From an uncultured Solirubrobacterales bacterium (GTDB lineage: Bacteria > Actinomycetota > Thermoleophilia > Solirubrobacterales > 70-9): a stretch of DNA of 64,000 nt. The stretch spans positions 855,259 to 919,258 of the forward strand of contig CAVOHR010000001.1 in assembly GCA_963695835.1 (NCBI GenBank). The letters are read 5' to 3'. Below are positions 34,807-44,093 of the stretch, piece after piece. Under the pieces are notes generated by a model, which worked only from the letters and a program-made list of their open reading frames with translations, was not told the DNA's origin and did no database searches. Numbering within the stretch: the first letter of the stretch is position 1; every line of letters starts with the position of its first letter. The position numbers were made by a program, and so were the translations under genes.

Positions 34807-37386
34807 TCAACGTGCGATCTGGAACTCCCCGACGGCGAAACCCGCCGGGTCGCTGGCCGTGATCTCGATCGAGGCGACGGTCTGGGTGCCCGTCCCGTAG
34901 AAGCCGAAGTAGCGAGCCCCGGCGTATCCCTGGATGTCGACCGGCTCCGAGGAGGTGCCGTCCTGGGCGATGGCCTCGACGGTGAAGCTGTCGAAGGTGT
35001 TCGGCTCCGCGTAGAAGGCGAAGGCCTTGGTCCCTGCCGGGAGCGTCATCGTGACCGTGGACTCTGTTTCGGTGAAGTAGACGTCGCCGGTGTAGCCGTG
35101 GCTCCAGGTCGCCCAGCTGTTGGGCACGCGGCGATGGCTGAGATCGGGCGAGAACCCGATCGTCCCGGCCGGGTCGCTGACCCCGTCGACGGATTCCCCT
35201 TCGGGCCTGGAGTCCGGGCCGAACGCCGTCATCGTGTACGGGCCGAGCGTGGCGGGCGGCGGTCCGGTCCCGGGTGAGCCGTCAAAGGAGAGGTTGTCGC
35301 AGGCGACGGCGGCTTGGGCGTCGACGATCGGCAAACTGTTGGCCGGATAGCTGACCTGGGGTGAAAATTTGGTGGGGAACGGGAACGAGCTGCGACTCGC
35401 CACCATGCCGGTGTTCGTGCCGGCATCGCCGACGATGCAGCCAGCGGCCCGACTGGCGCCATAGTCGGGGTGTGTCGAGCGGACCAAGGCGGCGATCCCG
35501 GCCACCGCGGGAGCCGCCATCGACGTGCCCATGATCGGCCACCCGTCGGGCAGGTTCGCCGCGTAGGAACCGCAGTGAAAGAACTTGTAACAGGATTCGA
35601 CCGTGGTGCTCCAGATGCCGACCGTCCCGTCGCCGATCGGGCTGACGCTGACGCCACCGGGCGCCGCCACCTCCACGCCAGGGCCGAAGTCGGAGAAGCG
35701 CGCCAGCGAGCCATCCGAGTTGGTGGCCGCGACGGTGATCACGTTGCCGAGATCGGAGTTGAGGCCCATGCCGCTGGGAACGCCGGCCGCACAGTTGTTC
35801 CCTGCCGAGATCGTCCAGACGATGTCGCGGCCGATCGGGCCGCGGAAGAGCTCGCGGAAGGGGGTTTTGTATTCGGCAGCCTGCGCCAGCAGTTCGTTCT
35901 GCTGCGCGGTGGTCGCGCAACCGGCATGATTCCGCCCCAGCGACATGTTGATCACGCCGACGCCGGGCTGCTCGGCGACCGCAGTCGCCGCGGCGAGCCA
36001 CGACTTTTCCGAGGTGTCGGCGATGCCCGAGGTGGTTATCGGGCACCCCCAGGCGAAGCCGACCACGCCGATCCCGTTCGCCTTCGCACAGGCGATCCCG
36101 GCGACGTGGGTGGCATGGAGCGCCGGTCCACGCGAGCCGAGCTTCTTGGTGACGTTGAGATCCTCGTGGCCACCGAAGACCTGCCCTTCGTCCACGATCC
36201 CGACCCCTACATCAGAGCCCGTGGAGGTGTCCCAGGCCTGCGGCGCGCGCACCTGGGTGAAGGACCAGGTCGCCTGCGGACCGTCGTCGGACCAGTCGCC
36301 GGGTGGGACCGCGTCGGTCCCCACATCATCCACGGTGGAGTCACTGACCGCGGTGACACCGGAACGACCGAGCAACTCCTGCTTGATCTGTTCGAGGTCC
36401 TGCGGGGCTTCCCAGCGGAACTCGTAGACCCCGATCGCTTCGATCCCGCCCGACACCACCGCGCCGACTTCTTCCGCCGCCTCTTCGGCCTCGCTCCGAT
36501 CGCCCGGGGCGTCGGGCGTCCCGAAGGTGACCAGCAGCTCGTCGCGCAGCCGAACGCCGCCGGTCGGCAGGTCTTCCCCTTCGGCGATCCGATCCGGCGA
36601 GGCGGTGGTGAAGCTGTCGACCTCTCCGGGCGGCGCCGCCAGTTCACCGACCGTGAGCGGCACGCGCAGGACGAATTCGCGTTCGCATTCAGCGCCCGCA
36701 CAGCCGACGCCGGTGACCGTGAGCGTCTGCGCCTGCGGCGAGACCTCCGCATCGGCGGCGATCTGAACCCCTTCTTCGAAGGCGCTCGCGGTGACTCCAG
36801 CGGGCGCACCGCTGACGGTGCTCACGGCCGAGACCTGCGTCAGTGGTCCCGGCAGTTCGACCGGCACCGTCGAGCCCGGGGCGATTTCGAGAGCCCGAGC
36901 AGTGAGTTCCAGCGGCGGGGCCGGATCAGTTCGATCTTCGGCTGGCGCGGGGGTGGTCCCGGGACCCGGTCCAGGCCCCGGGCCGGAACCGTTCGATCGG
37001 GCGCCGATCGTCACCACTTTGCTCACCGAACGCTGCCGGTGCCGCTTTCCGGTTACCACGAGTTTCGCCGTGTAGGTGCCGGAACGAGTGTAGACGTGGC
37101 TCACCGGGTGCTTCAGGAGCGAGCGACCCCTCAGTACGGCGCTGCCGTCCCCGAAGTTCAGGCTGACCGACACGATCGGGCCGAATCTCTTGCCGGGCCG
37201 TGCCTTCGCCCGCAGGCCGATCGGCTCCCCTTCGGTCCCACCGCCCGGGCTCGTCAGGGAGAGCTGAAGCGACTTGCCCGATCGCGCGTGGCCACTGGCA
37301 TGCGCGCTACCTGCCGTCGCGGCAAATATGAGACAAACGAGACATGTGACCGTTAGACCTGCGCCGTGCCATTTCATTCTCGCCAC
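34807..37386 (-). CDS. Secreted subtilisin-like (S8) peptidase with N-terminal PKD-like domain
   Basis: Signal peptide. Catalytic triad motifs VGIVDEG, HATHVAGIA and GTSMAAPAVAGIAALV. PKD-like segment NFGDGS...YTRSGTYTAKLVVTG. Confidence 0.85.
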   Translation of the reverse strand: MARMKWHGAGLTVTCLVCLIFAATAGSAHASGHARSGKSLQLSLTSPGGGTEGEPIGLRAKARPGKRFGPIVSVSLNFGDGSAVLRGRSLLKHPVSHVYTRSGTYTAKLVVTGKRHRQRSVSKVVTIGARSNGSGPGPGPGPGTTPAPAEDRTDPAPPLELTARALEIAPGSTVPVELPGPLTQVSAVSTVSGAPAGVTASAFEEGVQIAADAEVSPQAQTLTVTGVGCAGAECEREFVLRVPLTVGELAAPPGEVDSFTTASPDRIAEGEDLPTGGVRLRDELLVTFGTPDAPGDRSEAEEAAEEVGAVVSGGIEAIGVYEFRWEAPQDLEQIKQELLGRSGVTAVSDSTVDDVGTDAVPPGDWSDDGPQATWSFTQVRAPQAWDTSTGSDVGVGIVDEGQVFGGHEDLNVTKKLGSRGPALHATHVAGIACAKANGIGVVGFAWGCPITTSGIADTSEKSWLAAATAVAEQPGVGVINMSLGRNHAGCATTAQQNELLAQAAEYKTPFRELFRGPIGRDIVWTISAGNNCAAGVPSGMGLNSDLGNVITVAATNSDGSLARFSDFGPGVEVAAPGGVSVSPIGDGTVGIWSTTVESCYKFFHCGSYAANLPDGWPIMGTSMAAPAVAGIAALVRSTHPDYGASRAAGCIVGDAGTNTGMVASRSSFPFPTKFSPQVSYPANSLPIVDAQAAVACDNLSFDGSPGTGPPPATLGPYTMTAFGPDSRPEGESVDGVSDPAGTIGFSPDLSHRRVPNSWATWSHGYTGDVYFTETESTVTMTLPAGTKAFAFYAEPNTFDSFTVEAIAQDGTSSEPVDIQGYAGARYFGFYGTGTQTVASIEITASDPAGFAVGEFQIAR

Positions 37387-37774
37387 TCCGTTAAGGCTCG
37401 CTGGTTGCAGGGCGCGACACCTTATTTAAATCGAGCGTTCCGCGGAGGCACCGTCGCCCAGCGACGGCGAATGGTAAGGAAGGGGTCACGAGTTCGAGTC
37501 TCGTCGGAGCTTTGGGGAAAGCGAGCACGAGGCGATCTGGATCGTGATCGCCGTGCGGAGGTACCGCGGCATTCAGCGGCAGGTGGCCAATGGAATGACC
37601 CACCGCACCTGCTCTCGCAACTGAGCGAGCGTCTCTCCGACCGTACGTGAGACGCCCGCCTTGGACGATTTGCGAGCGTCTGCTCATCCGACCACAAGTC
37701 GGCCGGGCCGCATCACCTCTGGGCGTGTGTCGCCCATCACGGTTCTCAGGGGGAGGCCACCCCGCTACGGGAAT

Positions 37775-38278
37775 GCCGTCGCGGTCCTCTTCATCGACCT
37801 CGACGAGTTCAAGCTCGTCAACGACACGCTGGGCCACGGCGCCGGCGACGCGCTGCTCGTCGCGGTCGCCGAGCGGCTGAGCGGAGTGGTGCGCGAGGCC
37901 GACACGCTGGGGCGCCTGGGGGGCGATGAGTTCGTCGTCCTCGCCGAGTGCCCGCCGGCAGAGAGCGGGCCGGGGGAGATCGCCGCGCGCGTCACCGGCG
38001 CGTTTACCGAGCCGTTCGCCGTGGAGCGCCTGCCCGAACCGCTGCGCCTCAGCGCCAGCATTGGGGTTGCGAGTTCCGCGGCGGGGTCCTCAGCAGAGCA
38101 ACTGCTCTGCGACGCCGACATCGCGATGTACAGCGCCAAGGGTCAGGTCGGAGGCTGCGCGCGGTATGAGCCGGGGATGGAGCAGGCGCTGGTGGGACGA
38201 AGCCTCCGCTGGCATGACGGGCCCGCGGGCAGCGCCGGAGACGGCGCTCAAGGCGTTGGCACCACCTCGACCCCGTAG
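37775..38278 (+). pseudogene. GGDEF diguanylate cyclase domain fragment (no sensor region and no start of the domain)
   Basis: VLFIDLDEFKLVNDTLGHGAGD...RLGGDEFVVL...DADIAMYSAK. Upstream sequence is non-protein-like. Confidence 0.7.
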
Positions 38279-38532
38279 CGTTGGGCAGCGGCAGCCAGCG
38301 TGGCCTCGTCCACTGGGTAGGTCGAGAGCACCGGTAGATCCTGCTCGCCAGCCGGGTTGAAAAGCGCGATGCCGACCAAGGTAGCGGCTGGGTCGTTTCG
38401 CAGCAGGTAGCGCACCCCGTCGAGGCCAGCCTCGTGGAACCAGGCGGCGAAACGTTGCGTGTGCGCATAGTCGGGGCTGGCGCTGAGCGAGAGGTCGATG
38501 CCGAAGCGCCGGCCCACGGGGCTCGTGCCCAC
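38248..38532 (-). pseudogene. Possible RES-domain toxin C-terminal fragment
   Basis: QRFAAWFHEAGLDGVRYLLRNDPAATLVGIALF resembles the RES-domain C-terminal strand pattern. The N-terminus is replaced by the IS fragment. Confidence 0.35.
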
Positions 38533-38752
38533 CGACTACTGGCTCTCCAACCTGCCCGCCGACACCGAGCCCGAGCGCTTGGCACGCCTCGCCCGCCTGC
38601 GCTGGAAGATCGAGCTCGACTACCGCCAGCTCAAGGGCGAGCTCGGGCTCGACCACTACGAGGGTCGGTCCTACCTTGGCTGGCACCACCACACCGCCCT
38701 GGTCAGCGCTGCCCACGGCTTCCTCCGACCCTGGAGCGCATTCACCCTTTAG
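38498..38752 (+). pseudogene. IS701-like DDE transposase, C-terminal fragment
   Basis: YWLSNLPADTEPERLARLARLRWKIELDYRQLKGELGLDHYEGRSYLGWHHHTALVSAAHGFL is a typical IS701/IS4-type C-terminus. Confidence 0.65.
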
Positions 38753-38789
38753 CCCGACGGCCTTCGCCTGAATCTGTCTGAAACGGGTT

Positions 38790-41700
38790 TTATACGAGAG
38801 CTAGATCGATCTCGACGCGGCGCTTGCCCATGCGTACTCTTAGCACTGCCACGTCCACCGGGTCACCCGCCTTGAGTCCGGCGATCTTGCCGCGATCCGC
38901 TGCGCTCATCTTGCGGCTGGAGACCAATCCGGTGAGGCCGTAGCGCAGGCGAACGAAGGCGCCGAGGTCGACCACGGCATCGATCGTCCCGCGCTCAGAC
39001 GCTCCCTCCGGATATGCTTCGCGCACCTGATTGAGAAGCGACGGCAGCTCGAAGTCGGGCATGCCCAGGTTGACTTCGAGCTTGCCCTTCTTGCTGCGTG
39101 CGATGCCGTTGATCCGGCCGCTCAGCTCCTGCCCGATCGAGAACAGTCGACGTGGGTCGAGCACCCGACCGCCACTCCCGATCGCCGTCTTGTGGACGAG
39201 GCCCACGGCATCGCCAAGATCAACGAAGACGCCGAACTCGACTACGTTGCCGACGGTTCCCTCGAAGGGCTCGCCCTCAGTGAGGCTGCGACGCGCCGCT
39301 TCCAGCTCAAGGTCTACACCCGGTATGGCGAGTTGAATCTGGCTGCGCCCGCGCTTTGCTTCAGTTGCCTTGACCTCGGCCTCGATCTCATCGCCGATGG
39401 CGAAGAAGCGCGACGGATCGGCGACGCCGAAGTCGCCGATTGAACTCTTGTGGAGCAGCGCTGTTCGCTTCACCTTGTCGAGCTGCACGATGACGCCGAA
39501 ATTCTGCACGTCGGTGACTGTTCCTGTCACCTGACTGCCCTCGGCGGGCAGCGCCGGCCGGGCGAGGTCGTTCGGGGCATCCAAGTGCTGCACCCTCGAC
39601 ACGCCGAGGGCGTTGGTCTGCCTCCAGACCTTGGCGATAATGCCGCGCCAGGTGTCGTCGTCGTAGAGAGCGAGCAGACTATCCCTGAGGACAAGGGACA
39701 TCAGCGGCGCTGCACGCAGCAGGGTCTCCTGACCCTGGATGAAGACCAAGCCGTCCCCGAGCAACTCGTCGAGTCCATCCGGAGCCTCCGCCACCTGTCG
39801 TTGGACCCACCCGTCGGAGCCGATTGAGGCAAGGCCGCCGCCGTTGCTTTCCTGCCACAGGTTGTAGGCCGTGCCTTGCCAGATCTGGGTGTCGGCAAGT
39901 GCGAGCAGCTGGTCGCGCAGCTCCTCGCTCATGTTGGGGCCCGCCAGCAGCTGGGCAGGCCGGGGTTCCTGGTAGGCCAGGGTGCTGGCATCGCAGAGTT
40001 CGGCCAGGCCGGTGGGGACACTGGTAATTCCCTGCTCGAACCAACCGTTGGCGTCGGGCGCCACGTCTCTCTCACCAGTCACCTTCCGCCATAGGCCGTC
40101 AATCAGACCCTGCCAGTAACTGCTGTCGTTCAGCTGGAGCAGCTGGTCGCGCAGCTCCTCGCTCAGCTCGGCCGTCGCCTTTAGGCGTCCGGGCTGTCCG
40201 GACTCCAGCTGCAAGAGGTCGTCGTCACAGAGTTCGGCGAGGCCGGGGGGAGCCTTCGAGATGGGCTTGATCACCCAGCCGTCGATTTTGCCGCGTCCTC
40301 CGTCGGCCTGGGTGCTGGAGTGCCACAGTTCGTTCACCGCTCGTCGCCAGGCTTTGCCGTCGCTTAGCGCCAGCAGCTTTTCGTGGGTCGCCTTGGACAT
40401 GTCGGGGCTGGCTCTGAGGATCGTGGGACTGCCCTGCTGGGCGGTCAGCCGCTCTCCATCGCATAGCTCCTCCAGCCCGTCGGGCAGATGGCTGAGGCGT
40501 CGCTCGATCCAGCCCGAGGCCTCCTCCGAGACCTCGGGCTTGAGCTGCACGAGCAGCGGCGTTCTCTCCGCTGTCCGAATCTTGCCGCGCTGGAGCGCCC
40601 TCATCGGCACGGTGAACTGGTGCACCAAACCGCGCGACTCGTCGCCATGCTCGAGACGGACCTCAACGGCACGGCCGTTGTCGCTCTTGCCGAACACGCG
40701 TGCGGGGTAGAAAGGAGCAGCCCCCTCCACGGGCGCGACCGACTCCGCCTCTTCGAGATGGCGTTGGAGCTCGGGCAAGCGGGAGGCCGCGATCGCGGCG
40801 TGGGCCTCGCGCAGATGCAGTGGCTTGACCTCAAGTGACGTCCCCGCTTCGAACTGACGCGTCGCCTCCTCATCGTCCCCCCTGAGCGTCAGCTCGTCGG
40901 CCGCCACGCAGACGTCGAGCCCGCTCTCGGTGTCCTGCGCGACTAGGAACGGTGCCCCCCAACCGGCGACGGGCTCAAGCGTGCGGGCACGACGCTCTTC
41001 TCCTGCCTCGATCGCCTCCGCCAAACCCGAGTCGAGCTCGCCGTCGCCCGGTTCGGCGACGGCGCGGACGACCCGGTCCTCACCGAGGCCTTCGTAGCCG
41101 ACCACCCTGAGCAGCAGATCGCCTTCGCTCGGGCTCTCGTCCCAGTCGAGACTCAGCTGCGGGCGGGACTCAAGGGACCCTGGCTCGAGGGGAAAGGGCG
41201 GTCCTTCATCAATCGCTCGATCGGCGCTGTCGCTCGTCTGCGTCCCTTTCTCCTTATCCCCACTCCCCTCGTTGGCCTCGAGTTCTTCTAGGTCTTGGAA
41301 CTGCGCCTCCATCTCGGGGTTGACGAGCGCGTCGCCTGGCTCTTGCAGCACCCCCACCAAATCGCCGGGACGCTGCTCCGCAGTCGGGGCACTCTCCATC
41401 GTTCCGGCCTCGGTCGGCTCGCCGTCGGGATCAAGCTCGGACTCTTCGACATCCTGTACCGCCAGCGGATCCGGCGGCGGCGGCGAGACCAGCTCGGCGG
41501 CCGTCATCGTCCCTTTGGCGTCGAAAGCGCAGCGGACCCGGGCTCCAACCGGCCAGTCGTCCTGGAAGATCAGGGTCTCCGCGGTTGTCGGACCGGGGAG
41601 ACCCCCGTCCGCCCCCCGCAGACGGTGCGAGACCTCAAGCGCAAGCTCGGTCCAGCTGCCGGCATTCGCAGCCCACTCGAATGAGGCAACCAGGCCGGAG

Positions 41701-44093
41701 AGAAGTCCTCCTCCCCCCGCTGCCCGTCGGCGCAGGGCGACGACGCGGTTGCACTGCTCGAGCCACGAGCAGTTCGCGAGCCGGTAGGTGACGTTGTCCG
41801 GCGATTCGGCTGCGACCCATCGGCTGCCGCTTCTGACGAAGGTGTAGTCGACCAGGGCGCGAGAAAGCACCGCTCGCACCCGCGGCGCTAGCTCCAGACG
41901 CATCGGCTCGGAGACCGGGGACTTGCGACCGGGAGAGAGGAATTCAAGCCGCTCACCACAGGTCGCGCTGATGCCGACGAGCAGGTCGTGGTTGACGCAG
42001 TTGGCGTTGGCCCAGGCCTCTTTGCGATCTCCAGCGCGCTCCCAGGCAGCGTAAAGCTTGAGTGCCAGGTCAAGCTCATCCCTGCACCCGAGCGTGATCG
42101 CTTCGTGGCAGCGCCTGGCGACATTCCGCGCGGTCGGCGTCCACCTCTCGTCGAAAAGCAGGACGCCTTTCGGCCCGATCAGGGTCGAGCCGCTGAGCAA
42201 CGTGATCGCCGTCACCGCCTCGACCGCGCAGGAGAGTTCGTCGGCTCCCGCGATCGCGCCCGCCTCGGCCGGGGAGCCGCTAAAGCCGAGCAGCTCGTTG
42301 CCCCAATCGGTGACGTCGCCCTCGGCGTCGAGCGCTCCTCGGCGTTCCAGCGCCGTGACCGAGCGTTTGAGCTCACCTTCGAAGGCGTCGCGGAACTGCG
42401 CCGCCTTCTCGTTCTTCTCGTTGACCCCCGGGCGTTTGAACGCGGCCGGCCAGTCGAAATCATTCGGGTTGTCGATCCCCGCCGCCTTCGCGGTAAGCAC
42501 GAGCGACTCAAGGTCGTCGCGGACCGCCTCTGGCGGGGTGTGATCGAGGAACTCCTCGAACTGGCCGCGGGTGTAGAGCGGGAATACCCAACCCGGCGCC
42601 TTCCTGCCGACCCGCCCCCAGCGCTGGCGCACCCCGTCCTTGCTGTGGGGAATGGCCAGGACGCTCTTGGAGGCCGTCGCCACATCCCACTTGCTCTGGT
42701 TGATTAGACCCGAGTCGACGACGTAGGTGACACCGTCGATCGTTAGCGAGGTCTCGGCAATGTTTGTCGAGATCACGATGCGTCGTTTGTCACCCTGCTG
42801 GCGTGCGCAGCGCGCGTCGCGCTGCTCGTCTTCGGGCGTGCTCCTCAACAGCCCGTAGACATCCCAACACTTCGCGATGCCCGCCTCGACTAGTTGCTTC
42901 TCGATCATGCTCACCGCCGCGTCGATTGCGGCTTTACCTGGAAGAAACCCCAGGACATCACCCCAATCGGTGCCTCTGGCAATTTTCACCGCTTGCTCGG
43001 CCACGAGCTGCGGCATCTGATCGCGCCAGCTGGCTACCGAGATCTCGCGTCCCTTCAGGACTCGAAGGGTGGCCAGGTGTTCTGCGATGTCTCGCAGTGG
43101 CTTCCCGCGGAACTCCTTGTCGTCCGCCCAGTCGGGATGATCGAGCTGGACGGGATCGTCGGGCCAGAGGGGTTTGCCGTACCCCCACTTCTTTTTGACT
43201 TTGATGTCGCCAAGCACCAGGACTTTCTTCTTGCCGCCGAAGAAATCACTGAAAAATTCGGGGTCGATTGTCGCGCTGAGCACGATCACTCGAAGGTTCG
43301 GGTGCTTTGGCAGCTCGGCTCGCAGCAGGGCGAGGATCACATCGATGTTCTTGCTGCGCTCGTGGGCCTCGTCGATGACGATGGCGCCGAACTTGTCGAG
43401 CGCTCCGTCGCGAAGCCAGTTGATGAGGCTGCCGTCGGTGACGAAAAGGAGCCGGCAGCCGGAGTCGAACACTGGTTTGCCCTTCACCCGGTAGCCGATG
43501 TCGCAGCCCGGTCCGACGCTGGGTGCGCCGTGAAGCTCTGTTGCGATGAAGGTCGCCACGTCGATGGTGGCGAAGACGCGAGGCTCGGTGACGATGATCG
43601 GTCCGCGGTCGGCCAAGTGCAAGGTGGCGTCATCCGGGGGAACCAGCAGACGGTAGGGCAGGAAGGTGGACTTGCCGCTGCCCGTGCCAGCGACGACGAT
43701 CGCAACCTGTTTCTTCTCCAAACCGGCCAGGAGCCGGTTCACATCGTTGTCGGTCAGACCGAAATCGAATCTGCTCAGATCGGATTTGACCGTGTCCCGC
43801 CTGTGCTCAGGCGGCAGCGGTCCGAGTCCGCCCAGGGGCCCGGTCGGGTTTTCCCTGTCCGCGACCTGTCCGACTGTCTCGAGGTCGATGTAGGGAACCG
43901 CCATCGAGCGCGCGTCCCGCGCGTGTCTCTGGCGGCAACGCGGGCAGCGGTCGGAGCGAGTGCCACCCCGCTCGACCACACCCTCGATCCAGGCGTCCGG
44001 ATAGACAAAGTCAGCTGGGTCGCCACGGCGACCGCAGTCCTTGCACTGCGCCTCCCAGCGGGTGGTGGTCGCGACGCCGCGGTCGGTGCTCAT
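38790..44093 (-). CDS. Giant Zn-ribbon / DEAH (RHA-like) helicase with four novel repeats and three C-terminal S1 domains
   Basis: CKDC...CPRC, AGTGSGKST, DEAHERS, SATI, TNIAETSLTIDG and QRWGRVGR. Four ~75-aa GW...P.GL.ELCD...LW repeats. Three S1 units (G..V.GTV..V..FG.FV.L......GL.H). The ATG overlaps the upstream stop (ATGA). Confidence 0.85.
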   Translation of the reverse strand: MSTDRGVATTTRWEAQCKDCGRRGDPADFVYPDAWIEGVVERGGTRSDRCPRCRQRHARDARSMAVPYIDLETVGQVADRENPTGPLGGLGPLPPEHRRDTVKSDLSRFDFGLTDNDVNRLLAGLEKKQVAIVVAGTGSGKSTFLPYRLLVPPDDATLHLADRGPIIVTEPRVFATIDVATFIATELHGAPSVGPGCDIGYRVKGKPVFDSGCRLLFVTDGSLINWLRDGALDKFGAIVIDEAHERSKNIDVILALLRAELPKHPNLRVIVLSATIDPEFFSDFFGGKKKVLVLGDIKVKKKWGYGKPLWPDDPVQLDHPDWADDKEFRGKPLRDIAEHLATLRVLKGREISVASWRDQMPQLVAEQAVKIARGTDWGDVLGFLPGKAAIDAAVSMIEKQLVEAGIAKCWDVYGLLRSTPEDEQRDARCARQQGDKRRIVISTNIAETSLTIDGVTYVVDSGLINQSKWDVATASKSVLAIPHSKDGVRQRWGRVGRKAPGWVFPLYTRGQFEEFLDHTPPEAVRDDLESLVLTAKAAGIDNPNDFDWPAAFKRPGVNEKNEKAAQFRDAFEGELKRSVTALERRGALDAEGDVTDWGNELLGFSGSPAEAGAIAGADELSCAVEAVTAITLLSGSTLIGPKGVLLFDERWTPTARNVARRCHEAITLGCRDELDLALKLYAAWERAGDRKEAWANANCVNHDLLVGISATCGERLEFLSPGRKSPVSEPMRLELAPRVRAVLSRALVDYTFVRSGSRWVAAESPDNVTYRLANCSWLEQCNRVVALRRRAAGGGGLLSGLVASFEWAANAGSWTELALEVSHRLRGADGGLPGPTTAETLIFQDDWPVGARVRCAFDAKGTMTAAELVSPPPPDPLAVQDVEESELDPDGEPTEAGTMESAPTAEQRPGDLVGVLQEPGDALVNPEMEAQFQDLEELEANEGSGDKEKGTQTSDSADRAIDEGPPFPLEPGSLESRPQLSLDWDESPSEGDLLLRVVGYEGLGEDRVVRAVAEPGDGELDSGLAEAIEAGEERRARTLEPVAGWGAPFLVAQDTESGLDVCVAADELTLRGDDEEATRQFEAGTSLEVKPLHLREAHAAIAASRLPELQRHLEEAESVAPVEGAAPFYPARVFGKSDNGRAVEVRLEHGDESRGLVHQFTVPMRALQRGKIRTAERTPLLVQLKPEVSEEASGWIERRLSHLPDGLEELCDGERLTAQQGSPTILRASPDMSKATHEKLLALSDGKAWRRAVNELWHSSTQADGGRGKIDGWVIKPISKAPPGLAELCDDDLLQLESGQPGRLKATAELSEELRDQLLQLNDSSYWQGLIDGLWRKVTGERDVAPDANGWFEQGITSVPTGLAELCDASTLAYQEPRPAQLLAGPNMSEELRDQLLALADTQIWQGTAYNLWQESNGGGLASIGSDGWVQRQVAEAPDGLDELLGDGLVFIQGQETLLRAAPLMSLVLRDSLLALYDDDTWRGIIAKVWRQTNALGVSRVQHLDAPNDLARPALPAEGSQVTGTVTDVQNFGVIVQLDKVKRTALLHKSSIGDFGVADPSRFFAIGDEIEAEVKATEAKRGRSQIQLAIPGVDLELEAARRSLTEGEPFEGTVGNVVEFGVFVDLGDAVGLVHKTAIGSGGRVLDPRRLFSIGQELSGRINGIARSKKGKLEVNLGMPDFELPSLLNQVREAYPEGASERGTIDAVVDLGAFVRLRYGLTGLVSSRKMSAADRGKIAGLKAGDPVDVAVLRVRMGKRRVEIDLALV

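Noticed and set aside
37387-37514. A functional tRNA or tmRNA upstream of the S8 peptidase gene
   Set aside because: Only a T-arm and a 3' acceptor-like strand are present. I found no matching 5' acceptor strand, D arm or anticodon arm within 130 nt, and no CCA. I treat it as a fragment only.
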